A stretch of 64,000 nt of DNA, from the NCBI GenBank assembly GCA_963801165.1, contig CAWDDT010000013.1, forward strand, positions 192,001 to 256,000, written 5' to 3'. The notes under the pieces were generated by a model. That model was not told the DNA's origin. It saw only the letters and a list, made by a program, of their open reading frames with translations, and did not search any database. The DNA comes from an uncultured bacterium (GTDB lineage: Bacteria; Actinomycetota; Acidimicrobiia; Spongiisociales; UBA5794). Numbering within the stretch: the first letter of the stretch is position 1; each line of letters starts with the position of its first letter. Positions 28,113 through 37,200 of this stretch are shown one piece after another. Made by a program: the position numbers and the translations under genes.

Positions 28113-28493
28113 TCAGCATCGGTCGGCAGCGACGACGGTGCGATGTAGACAGCCACGGCGGAAGCTGAGCTCCTCACCGACCTCGAATCGTCCCGCAACC
28201 TCGAGGTGAAGACGGGCAAACGAGTCGAGAGCACTTCTCTTGCTCTCAGGCAGCGGCCAGCCCCGCCTCCGCCAGGCATCACACATCAACCGCGCGTACT
28301 CGCGGAAGTCGAGGTCGGGCCGATCGACCACTGTGAACGCGGGAGCCACCTTGTCGCTGGCGAGCCCGGTGACCGACCAGCGGCAGCCACATTCGGCACA
28401 TGGTGGGTTTGTCTGGATCCACACCATCTCGCCGTCGACCGCCCTACCGACGGGCTGCCGCTCGTCGGATCCCGTGGCAACGAAGACCTTCAT
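28113..28493 (-). CDS. Small Cys-motif protein (DUF7715-like), paralog of 61072-61443
   Basis: MKVFVA...VDGE.V...CAECGC...GLAS.K....F.V.D.P.LD. Confidence 0.65.
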   Translation of the reverse strand: MKVFVATGSDERQPVGRAVDGEMVWIQTNPPCAECGCRWSVTGLASDKVAPAFTVVDRPDLDFREYARLMCDAWRRRGWPLPESKRSALDSFARLHLEVAGRFEVGEELSFRRGCLHRTVVAADRC

Positions 28494-28566
28494 CCATTCC
28501 CCTTTCGATGCGGTCTTCACAGGCTATGGAAGAGGCGTGACAAGTTCTGCGGTCGATGCGGCGACG

Positions 28567-29109
28567 TCACCGGCTGTATCGCCCCATCAGCGTCGCTTCG
28601 GCCAGCACGTGACCCTCGAGCGCGTCGAGCACGGCGCCCTTTGTCGCACCCTGCGCCAGGCCCAGCTCGGTGTCGAGTGCGTAGACGGTGAAGAAGTAGC
28701 GGTGGATGCCGCTCGGCGGGCACGGTCCGCCGTAGCCGGTGCGACCCCACGAGTTGTTGCCTCCGGTGCCGAGATTCCTAGCCGACTCGGGAATGATCTC
28801 GCGGGGCTCGATGTCGAACTCGACCCAGTGATCCCACACACCTGACGGTGCGTCGGGGTCGTCGACCAGCAGCGCCAGCGACACAGTCGATGTGGGGATG
28901 TTGTCGATCTGGAGCGGTGGCGAGATGTCGCTCCCGTCACATGTGTATCGATCAGGGATGGTCGCCTCATGGGCGAATGCGGGGGATGTCAACTCCATGC
29001 CGTTCTCCTCGCTCGTCGGCGCCGCGGTGTGCTCCGGGCGGGCAACTCCACCTTGGGAGCACGCGGCCAGACACAACACGAGGATCGGGATCACGACTCT
29101 CGTTGGCAT
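28567..29109 (-). CDS. YbhB/YbcL (PEBP) family lipoprotein
   Basis: Lipobox LAAC; TCDG.DISPPL, DPDAP..WDHW, GYGGPCPP and HRYFFTVYALD. Confidence 0.9.
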   Translation of the reverse strand: MPTRVVIPILVLCLAACSQGGVARPEHTAAPTSEENGMELTSPAFAHEATIPDRYTCDGSDISPPLQIDNIPTSTVSLALLVDDPDAPSGVWDHWVEFDIEPREIIPESARNLGTGGNNSWGRTGYGGPCPPSGIHRYFFTVYALDTELGLAQGATKGAVLDALEGHVLAEATLMGRYSR

Positions 29110-29289
29110 CACACCTCGCACTGCCGGGAGCCCCATCGTGGCAACTGTGGGTTCTCAACTCAAGGACAAAGGCGACGCGATTCGACAGCATCATCCGAGT
29201 GGTGACCCGTAGCCGCGGTCGTTCACACCAACCCGCGCTGGCCGAACGTCCTGCGTACCACTCCGGCAACAGATCCCGGCGCTGGATTG

Positions 29290-30111
29290 TCAGGCCAGCG
29301 CCGGGGCCAGCCGGCGCAGCGTGACCATCTTGTCGTCATTGAGGATCTGCACGGCTACCTGGTCGGCACCGGCCGTGATGTGCTCCTCGAGCCGGGTGCG
29401 GATGGTCTCCTCGTCACCCCAGGCCACCATGGCATCGACCAGCCGGTCGCTGCCACCGCCACTGATGTCGTCTTCGGTGAATCCGAGCCGCAACCAGTTG
29501 CGTGTGTAATTGGGCAGCGCCAGATACATGGCGAGCCGATCCCTGGCCAGGGTCCGGGCAGTCTCCGGATCGCGGCTCAGGATGACCTTGTGCTCGGGGA
29601 TGAGCAGCTTGCCGGCGCCGAGGATCTCGCGGGCCGTCGCCGTGTGATCCGGAGTCACGAGGTATGGATGAGCACCGGCGGTCCGGTCGGATGCGAGGCG
29701 GAGAACCCGTGGCCCGAGTGCCGCCAGGATCCTGGCCCCGGTGGGAACTCCGCCGGCGTCGAGCCCGTCGAGGTATCCGACCAGCTTGTCGTACGGTTTG
29801 TAAGGGACGCCACCGGAGGCACTATGACCCGCCCCGATGCCGAGCAGAAAACGGTCGGCGTAGATGGAAAGCCGGTGGTAGGAGCGAGCTGCCACCTCAG
29901 GCGGGTCGCTCCACACGTTGACGATTCCGGTCGCAACGGTCACGTTGCTGCTCGCTGCCAGCAGTTTCTCGGGAAGAGCCAGATCGGCCGGGGGCGACCC
30001 ACCGACCCATACCATTGGAAGACCCAGCTCGACGATCTCAGCCAATTCCTCTGGTTCCAGGCTTTCGAAGAACGCGGTTCGATCCCATAGGCCGAATTTG
30101 CCGATGTCCAT
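29290..30111 (-). CDS. LLM-class (probably F420-dependent) oxidoreductase
   Basis: VATGIVNVW, RFLLGIGAGH, LAALGPRVLRLA, GAHPYLVTPDHT and AGADQVAVQ. Confidence 0.88.
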   Translation of the reverse strand: MDIGKFGLWDRTAFFESLEPEELAEIVELGLPMVWVGGSPPADLALPEKLLAASSNVTVATGIVNVWSDPPEVAARSYHRLSIYADRFLLGIGAGHSASGGVPYKPYDKLVGYLDGLDAGGVPTGARILAALGPRVLRLASDRTAGAHPYLVTPDHTATAREILGAGKLLIPEHKVILSRDPETARTLARDRLAMYLALPNYTRNWLRLGFTEDDISGGGSDRLVDAMVAWGDEETIRTRLEEHITAGADQVAVQILNDDKMVTLRRLAPALA

Positions 30112-30137
30112 ATCAAACCTCTTCTTCTCGATCGGTC

Positions 30138-30545
30138 CTAGAACTCCCAGGCTTCCTCGTCCTCGGTAGCCTGGCGATCGCACGTCGGGCAGTACCAGCG
30201 CACGTCGAGCGGGGTCCCGCAGAGACCATGGCGGGGAACCTCGACCTCGTCGTTGTGGGCGGCGCCCCATGCGGTGAGCATGCGTATGGCTCCGGCGAGA
30301 TCCTTGCCGGCCGAAGTCAAGGTGTACTCGTAACGCAGCGGCCGCTCACTGTACGGCGTCGCCACCACGAGCCCGTCGCTCTCGAGCGCCTTGAGCCGCG
30401 ACGACAGCGTGTTGGGTGCGATTCCGGCGACGGCCCCCTCGAGGTCGCCGAAACGGCCCGCCCCGTCGAGCAGCGCTTCGATCACCAGCAACGTCCACCG
30501 GTCACCGACCTGGGACAGAGCTACGTGCAGCGGTGAATCGGGCAT
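30138..30545 (-). CDS. HxlR family winged-helix transcriptional regulator
   Basis: VGDRWTLLVI, RFGDL...IAPNTLSSRLKALE, YEYTLT and a C-terminal H..CG...C..C motif. Confidence 0.88.
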   Translation of the reverse strand: MPDSPLHVALSQVGDRWTLLVIEALLDGAGRFGDLEGAVAGIAPNTLSSRLKALESDGLVVATPYSERPLRYEYTLTSAGKDLAGAIRMLTAWGAAHNDEVEVPRHGLCGTPLDVRWYCPTCDRQATEDEEAWEF

Positions 30546-30594
30546 AAACAGCACGGTAGTTCCCCTCGTCAACATGTTCTTCGTTTGCCACTAT

Positions 30595-30611
30595 ACTTGC
30601 AACTTGCAAGT
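30595..30611. promoter_or_regulatory. 7-3-7 inverted repeat ACTTGCA-ACT-TGCAAGT (candidate HxlR operator)
   Basis: Read directly between the divergent HxlR and protease genes, just upstream of RBS GGAGG. Confidence 0.6.
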
Positions 30612-30627
30612 CACTATGGAGGTCAAT

Positions 30628-31515
30628 ATGTTGGCAGGTGTACAAGACACCATCAGCGGTCTCGCCACCACGGTGGGGACCGCCGTCGTCGGGGTGGGGC
30701 GCCGGCATCACGTCGGGTCGGGAATCGTCATCGCCGAGGGCACCGTCCTCACCAACGCCCACAACATCCACGCCCGTGAGGTGACGATCACCTTCACCGA
30801 TGGGCAAACCGCTATCGGCGAGGTCACCGGATTCGACCCCGACGGGGACATCGCCACCATATCGGTTGACACGGGAGATGTGGCCCCCGTTGAGTGGAGC
30901 GATCTAGAGGTCGGGCTGGGCACACCGGTGGCGGCCCTGAGCAACCCGGGCGGCCGCGGGCTACGGGTGACCGTTGGCTATGTCTCGGGAGTCGAGCGCA
31001 GCTTCCGCGGTCCGCGTGGACGGCGGATCAGCGGATCGATCGAACACACCTCTCCCCTGCTGCCCGGCTCGTCGGGTGGGCCGCTCGTTGACGCCGACGG
31101 GAAGCTCCTCGGCGTCAACACCAACCGGCTCGGCGAGGGCTTCTACCTCGCCGTCGCCGCAAACTCCGAGCTACGCAACAAGATCGACAAGCTCGCTTCG
31201 GGAGAGAGCCCGCAGCGTCGCTACATCGGCGTGTCGGTGGTGCCCAATCACGTTGCCGCCAAGATGCGCCGGGCGGTCGGTCTCGAGGATCGTCCCGGCG
31301 TGTTGGTCCGCGGCGTCGCTGATGACGGCCCTGCCGCGGCGGCCGGGGTTGCCGAGGGCGACATGATCATCAAAATCGGCGAGACGGACATAACCGACGT
31401 CGACGATCTCCACGATGCGTTGCAGACCGCTCCGGCAGGCGAGCCGTTCCCGGTGACAGTCCTGCGCGGCAACGACGCCGTCGAGATCCAAATCACGATC
31501 CCGAGCGAGCAATAG
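30628..31515 (+). CDS. HtrA/S1C-like trypsin serine protease with PDZ domain (no signal peptide or TM seen)
   Basis: GSG..VLTNAH, DIA, PGSSGGPLVD and a C-terminal PDZ (GPAAAAGV.EGD.I). Confidence 0.88.
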   Translation: MLAGVQDTISGLATTVGTAVVGVGRRHHVGSGIVIAEGTVLTNAHNIHAREVTITFTDGQTAIGEVTGFDPDGDIATISVDTGDVAPVEWSDLEVGLGTPVAALSNPGGRGLRVTVGYVSGVERSFRGPRGRRISGSIEHTSPLLPGSSGGPLVDADGKLLGVNTNRLGEGFYLAVAANSELRNKIDKLASGESPQRRYIGVSVVPNHVAAKMRRAVGLEDRPGVLVRGVADDGPAAAAGVAEGDMIIKIGETDITDVDDLHDALQTAPAGEPFPVTVLRGNDAVEIQITIPSEQ

Positions 31516-31525
31516 CCCCGAGCGA

Positions 31526-32743
31526 TTAATGGATCGTCTGCGTGCGGGGCGGCCACCAGCTCGCCCCGTTCGCGGACGATCGGATGACACCGGCCAATCC
31601 ATCGCCCACGGACGCCGGTACCGCGTACCCGGGGCCGCCCGCGTTGACGGTGACGTCGGCCGTCCAGAGGTAGCCGTCGCTGTCGTCGATAAGCCTTACT
31701 ACGAGGTGATGCGTACCGGTCAGCCAGTCGGGAAACACGTAGCTCCATGTCCGGTAGGCGGCGTTGTCGACCACCTCGAATCCCCAGTCGTAGATATCGA
31801 GCGGAACGTCGTCGAAGGCTGCCTCGACCTGCAAGGCATCACTCCTGAAGACGTCCTTCCCATTTGCCGGCACCGACGACCAATCGTCGACATAGAACCC
31901 GGTTGCGATGTAGAACTCGCCGGAGACGCTTTCCGACATGCGACACACTTCGCCGTCCGAGTGATCGCAGCCGTAATTGGTGGCATCGCCATATACATTC
32001 ACGAAGGTGCCATCGGAGTCGGCCGGCCGCTCCGGCACGGTCGGCTTGCTCAGCTCGAGGGCTCGGGCGAGGAACGTGGCCATCTGCTCTCGGGTCACCA
32101 CGTCGTCGGGGCAGAAGCTGTCGTTAGCCGGCGGGTTGCAGCCCAGGGTGACCCCGGCTGCGGCCAGCTTGCCGATGGCGGGCTCGAACACTGAGCCATC
32201 GTCGTCGACGAAGATGTTGCCGTCACCGCCCTCGGTGTACCCCATGGCCCGCACCAGGAAGGCCGCCATCTGACCCCTGGTCACGTATTCGTGCGGGCAG
32301 AAATGGTCGTTGGTGGGTGGGTTACAGCCCTTCGTGATCCCTGCTGTCGCAAGGATCGCGATCTGGTTCTCGAAGACGGAGCCATCGTCGTCGACAAACG
32401 TGTTCCCGCCGCCGGCGTCGGTGAGCCCCAGCGCCCTCACGAGGAACGCAGCCATCTGCTCCCGGGTGACCGGCTGGGTCGGGCAGTATGCCGTCGAATA
32501 GGGTGGGTTACAGCCGAGCGTGACCCCGGCTGCCGCAATCGCCTCGATGGACGACTCGTGGACGCTGCCGTCGTCGTCGAAGAAGCGGCCCCCTGGTGGA
32601 GTTGTGGCAGCAGCCGTAGCGTCCGGGCCGGTGCTGGCTCCTGCTCGGTCCGGGACCGCCACCATGATCGCCATGAACATCAGGAACGCTGCCAGTATGA
32701 CCCCGTGCCTCGTCCCGCCCACGCGGTGGTGTATGGATACCAC
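31526..32743 (-). CDS. Secreted protein with N-terminal SLH repeats and an uncharacterised C-terminal domain
   Basis: Hydrophobic signal segment and three GCNPP...CP...VTR.QMA.FL repeats. The start is uncertain. Confidence 0.8.
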   Translation of the reverse strand: MVSIHHRVGGTRHGVILAAFLMFMAIMVAVPDRAGASTGPDATAAATTPPGGRFFDDDGSVHESSIEAIAAAGVTLGCNPPYSTAYCPTQPVTREQMAAFLVRALGLTDAGGGNTFVDDDGSVFENQIAILATAGITKGCNPPTNDHFCPHEYVTRGQMAAFLVRAMGYTEGGDGNIFVDDDGSVFEPAIGKLAAAGVTLGCNPPANDSFCPDDVVTREQMATFLARALELSKPTVPERPADSDGTFVNVYGDATNYGCDHSDGEVCRMSESVSGEFYIATGFYVDDWSSVPANGKDVFRSDALQVEAAFDDVPLDIYDWGFEVVDNAAYRTWSYVFPDWLTGTHHLVVRLIDDSDGYLWTADVTVNAGGPGYAVPASVGDGLAGVIRSSANGASWWPPRTQTIH

Positions 32744-32842
32744 GACTCCCCCTATCGGGTCGACATACTCTTCTAGGCAGCACCCTAAAGGAGCAGCGTC
32801 GCACTGCACGATCCGCGATGGCTCACTATTGGGTAATCGGGC

Positions 32843-33730
32843 TCATCGCCCGTTCTGGCTGAAGTGCATGTAGTCCTTGAGCGTGTTCCAGTCGCCGCCC
32901 CACCCCCAGCCGATGTCGGCGAAGGCCGCAACAACGACGTCGCCGTCGTGGATCATCCCGGGCAACTCCTGGTCACGATCCAGGTAGCTCATCGCCAGCT
33001 CCGGGATGATCAAATCGCCCTTCTCGTAGGGATTGTGGAAAGGGTCGATGTCGATCGCCAGCCCGTAGGCATGCATCGACCAGTTGTCTGTGCCCACTGC
33101 GGGCCGGCACCCGAATGATCCGGTGTTGTTGCCGTCACCGGTGGGAGGGGCGTCGAGCTCTTCCTGGGTGGTCACCTTCATCCCCTCGATCGGGAACCGG
33201 GCGGCGTGTAGCTTCTCGAAGACACCGACGATGTCGTCTGCAACCGAGGCATTGACGATGGTCTCCCCGGTGTGGAACTTGCCGTCGAAGCCATAGAAAG
33301 AAACGTTGATGTAGGCGAGCTCGTCCCTGGTTACCGGGCAGTCCTCGGTCCAGGTGGAGCGGGCGATAACGTCATCCGGCACAGGCTCGATCGTCGATAC
33401 GAACTGGTCGTCGGGTGGGGGTGACAGCAGGTCGATGGTCTCCAGCTGTCGATTCTGCAGCTCCAGCGGTGTGGGCTGGGCTATGCCGTTCTCACCGTCG
33501 GGACCGAGTGGAAGCACCCTGGTGCCGAGCCATGCCGGGCGGGCGAATGGGGAGACAGTTGTCGTGGTCGGCGGGACCGTGGTCGTGCTGGCGGGCAGAG
33601 TCGTGGTCGTCGTGGTCGTCGTCGTAGCGGTAGTCGCGACCGTCGATGGCGTGTCGGGAGCGGCCCCGGCTGCCGAGCAGCCGGCTAGCGCCAGGGCGAA
33701 GATGACAATAGACCTGCGTCGAGCAATCAC
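32843..33730 (-). CDS. M15 family metallopeptidase lipoprotein (D-Ala-D-Ala carboxypeptidase-like), copy 1
   Basis: Lipobox LAGC, Thr-rich linker, F.CR, WSMHAYGLAIDIDP and DYMHF. Confidence 0.88.
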   Translation of the reverse strand: MIARRRSIVIFALALAGCSAAGAAPDTPSTVATTATTTTTTTTTLPASTTTVPPTTTTVSPFARPAWLGTRVLPLGPDGENGIAQPTPLELQNRQLETIDLLSPPPDDQFVSTIEPVPDDVIARSTWTEDCPVTRDELAYINVSFYGFDGKFHTGETIVNASVADDIVGVFEKLHAARFPIEGMKVTTQEELDAPPTGDGNNTGSFGCRPAVGTDNWSMHAYGLAIDIDPFHNPYEKGDLIIPELAMSYLDRDQELPGMIHDGDVVVAAFADIGWGWGGDWNTLKDYMHFSQNGR

Positions 33731-33835
33731 GTCCGCCGAGCGTACCCCAGGAACCCGATTACACAGCGCGCTTTCGCAGCTCACCCCACCGGACGGTGCG
33801 GTGGAACGCCGGCAGGTTCCCGTAGCATGCGGGCC

Positions 33836-35213
33836 ATGACAAGCATCACCTTTCTGGGCGGAGCAGACACCGTCACCGGGTCACGTTTCCTCGTTCGATC
33901 AAACGGCAACAGCACCCTCATCGACTGCGGCATGTTCCAGGGCGGGCGTGGCCTTCGCCAGCTCAACTGGGACGATCCCTTCGATGATGTGGGTCTCCCC
34001 GAGAGCGTGCTCATCACCCACGCTCACATCGACCACACCGGATACCTCCCCCGGCTGGTCGGCACCCACCGGTACGACGGGCCGATTCTGGCGACCACGG
34101 CGACGACAGACTTGCTCAGCGTCATGTTGCCCGATTCCGGCCGGATCAACGAGGAGGATGCCGAGTACGCCAACAAGAAGGGATACAGTCGTCACCACCC
34201 CGCGCTGCCGCTCTATACCGAGGCTGATGCGCTCGCGTCGTTGCCGCTGATGCAAGGCGTCGGCTACCACGACTGGCTCGATGTGCCGGTCGGCCGCGCC
34301 CGGTTCTCGTTTGCCGGGCACATCCTCGGCTCGGCTCACATCACCCTCGAGACCGACGGACACCGGATCACTTTCTCGGGTGACGTGGGCAGGTGGGACA
34401 TCCCGGTGCTGCGCGACCCGGAGCCGCCGCGGGATGCCGATCTTCTGCTGATCGAGAGCACCTACGGTGGGCGATCGCACCAGGACCCTTCGGCCGACGC
34501 CAACGAGATGATGGCGCGCTTGTTCGACAAGATCACAGGCACCGATGGGGTGCTGGTAATCCCAGCGTTCTCGATTGGACGCACCCAGGAGATCCTCTAT
34601 CGCATCCGCGAGCTCGAGGAGTCGGGGCGGATCCCGTCCGTCCCGGTGTATCTAGACAGCCCTCTTGCCATCGACGCGACCGAGATGTACGCCCGCCATC
34701 ACGAGGAGCACGACCTCGAGATGAAAGCACTCGAGCAGTCGGGCTCGAGCCCGTTGCGACCCCGGCAGCTGCAATTCACCCACAGCGTCGAGGAGTCGAA
34801 ACGGCTCAACTCACTGCGCGGGCCCATGGTGATCATCTCGGCTTCGGGGATGGCGACGGCGGGTCGGGTTCCCCATCATCTCAAGCGCCGGCTGCCGTAC
34901 CCCGAGAACGTGGTCGCCTTCGTGGGCTACCAGGCGGAAGGAACCCCGGGGCGCAAGCTGCTCGACGGCGCAGACAGGATCCGCATCCACGGCGACGACA
35001 TCCAGGTACGAGCCGGGGTGACCCGGCTCGAGGCCTACAGCGCCCACGCCGACGAGGACGAGCTCGTGCGATGGGTTGCCGAGGCGAAGCCGAAGCAGGT
35101 GGTGTCTGATCCACGGCGAGGACGCAGGGCGGAACGCCCTGGCGAAACGCTTCCGGGAGGAATTCGGTCTCGAAGCACACCTGCCAAAACGGGGTGACAT
35201 TCTCGAAGTTTGA
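33836..35213 (+). CDS. MBL-fold beta-CASP RNase family protein with an apparent frameshift near 35105
   Basis: GGADTVTGS, THAHIDH, GHILGSA, FSGDVG, IESTYG and SAHAD. The final LIHGE motif and the natural C-terminus (to TGA 35213) lie in the +1 frame. Confidence 0.85.
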
Positions 35214-35294
35214 GATTCGCGGGAACTAACAGTGAGATAGTGTACGTTTCATCAACGTACTGCGACACAACGTCTCATGGAGGGGGTCGTCCCG

Positions 35295-36431
35295 ATGGTC
35301 ACAAGCCGGTTTGCGTTGGTTGCCTGCAGCGCATTTCTGTTGGTCGCCTGTGGGCCCGTGAGCGACGCTGACGTCGCCGACCAGAAGCCGACATCCACCG
35401 TCACCCCGACACCCGACGTGGTAACGACGATAACGACATCAACGACAACTGCGGCACCGACAACCACCACGAGAACCTATGTGATGCCCGACGTGCATCT
35501 CACCATCGATCCGGATTCCGGAGCGCCGGGTGACCCACTCGAGGTGTGCTACCCGGGAAATGCCTCCACGTATCGGGTAGTGATGTGTGCCTCGTCGGGC
35601 TGGGATTGCTGGCCGAGCTACGTCGACGCGTTCGTCACGACACACGAGTCGGGCCGCTGGTGCTGGACCGGATCGATCCCCTCATTCCTCGAGAGCACGG
35701 AACCGACGACGATGGGTGATCTACACCCGATAACCAGCGGTACGTATCAGATACTTATCGGGACCTTTGGCGTGGATCTCGCCCAGGGTGAGATCGAAGT
35801 GGTCGTTCCCGGCACTGGTGTCTCGGCGCCACCCAGCCAGACAGAAGCTGACGCCGTCAGGGATGGTGTCCTACCCGAACTTGCCGCTCAGCCGGCGGCG
35901 CTCCGGGTATGGCCGATGCTCGACATGACCACGGACCAGGGCGACTGGATGCTGGCGCGGCCCACTGACGACCTGATCGATCGCACGATGGCTGACGGAT
36001 GCGATCTCGGCGACCCCGGGGGCACGTATCCGATCGACGTCATCTGCACGGCGGAGTACGGCGAGGTCCTCCTCGTGCAGGGAACCGAGATCGTCCGTGC
36101 CTACCCGATGCCGGGAGCGGTTCCCTCATGGCTTCTCGTCACCACCGACTATGTATATGCGGGGCACATCGGTGACGGGGGGCTGCCGGACTCGACGCTC
36201 GTCCGCATCGACCGCACCACGCTCGAGGCAACGGTCGTGCTGATCCCGGCTGCATTCGACGGCGGAGACCAGTGGCTCCCGTCGTGGCATATCGCATCTC
36301 CAGAGCAGACCGCCCGCTACGACGAGTTGGTCCAGATCGGGCCGGACGCTGTGGGCCGAGAGGCGATGAGCTACATCGGAGAAGTCAAGGTGGATGTCGC
36401 CGGGATCGACTTGCTGATGGCGGACCTCTGA
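35295..36431 (+). CDS. Hypothetical lipoprotein
   Basis: Lipobox LVAC, Thr-rich linker and two Cys-containing domains. RBS GGAGG. Confidence 0.75.
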   Translation: MVTSRFALVACSAFLLVACGPVSDADVADQKPTSTVTPTPDVVTTITTSTTTAAPTTTTRTYVMPDVHLTIDPDSGAPGDPLEVCYPGNASTYRVVMCASSGWDCWPSYVDAFVTTHESGRWCWTGSIPSFLESTEPTTMGDLHPITSGTYQILIGTFGVDLAQGEIEVVVPGTGVSAPPSQTEADAVRDGVLPELAAQPAALRVWPMLDMTTDQGDWMLARPTDDLIDRTMADGCDLGDPGGTYPIDVICTAEYGEVLLVQGTEIVRAYPMPGAVPSWLLVTTDYVYAGHIGDGGLPDSTLVRIDRTTLEATVVLIPAAFDGGDQWLPSWHIASPEQTARYDELVQIGPDAVGREAMSYIGEVKVDVAGIDLLMADL

Positions 36432-36470
36432 GTGCGGTGTGCCGGGATGAAGCGGTGATCCCCACATTTC

Positions 36471-36713
36471 CCTGAATCCACGGTTTCTCATCCCCTCATC
36501 GCCTTCGCTTTGCCAACGTCAGCGACGCCACTTCTCCCGTAGGGAGAAGGACTTCATCCTCCCTCTGGGAGGATCGACCGGCCCGCAGGGCCAGGTCGAG
36601 GAGGGCCTTGCGAATCGGTCCAGATTCACAGAAAGAGCGCAATCCGGATCGCTCTGAAAGCTGATGAAATCGACCTCTTCGTCACCCCTACGCCCACATC
36701 CCGCGGATTCAGG
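36471..36713. mobile_element. Non-autonomous MITE, copy A (243 bp)
   Basis: TIRs CCTGAATCCACGG / CCGCGGATTCAGG (12 of 13 match), flanked by direct repeats ATTTC (36466-70, 36714-18). Homologous to 53776-53993. Confidence 0.75.
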
Positions 36714-37100
36714 ATTTCGGGCGGATCGGCCGGGCGTAGCCCGGACGGGGGGAAGGAATTCGCGGCGCTAGCCGCCTGGTGGTGGCTCCTTCTGTGGGTT
36801 AGAGCAAGCAGCAATCCCCCCATTTCGGGCGGATCGGCCGGGCGTAGCCCGGACGGGGGGAAAGAACTCGCGGCGCTAGCCGCCTGGTGGTGGCTCCTTC
36901 TGTGGGCTAGGGCAAGCAGCAATCCCCCCATTTCGGGCGGATCGGCCGGGCGTAGCCCGGACGGGGGGAAAGAACTCGCGGCGCTAGCCGCCTGGTGGTG
37001 GCTCCTTCTGTGGGCTAGGGCAAGCAGCAATCCCCCCATTTCGGGGGGATCGGACGGCCTCCTGGGCCGTCCGAGGGGGAAGGACTCGCGGCGCTCGCCG
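36714..37100. repeat. 108-bp tandem array of hairpin-rich REP-like units (three full units plus a diverged partial fourth)
   Basis: Units start at 36714, 36822, 36930 and 37038. Units 2 and 3 look identical and unit 1 differs at about four positions. Confidence 0.92.
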
Positions 37101-37200
37101 TTAATGCTCACCCCCTCAGGGAGGGCCAGTCTCATCGTTTTCTCACCTAAGCCTCAACATCCTCTAATCGGCCGGGGGGACAGTGGAAAGTGAAAGAAGG

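Noticed and set aside
33580-33645. (GTC/GTG)n trinucleotide-like runs here and at 41100-41140 and 43950-44030
   Set aside because: They encode Thr-rich lipoprotein linkers and are not independent repeat elements.
36714-37100. Possible CRISPR array
   Set aside because: The units are near-identical over the full 108 bp with no unique spacers, and there are no cas genes in the window.
36626-37135. 169-aa ORF with 36-aa repeats
   Set aside because: It is a translation of the 108-bp palindromic DNA repeat (a multiple of 3), with no RBS or protein-like features.
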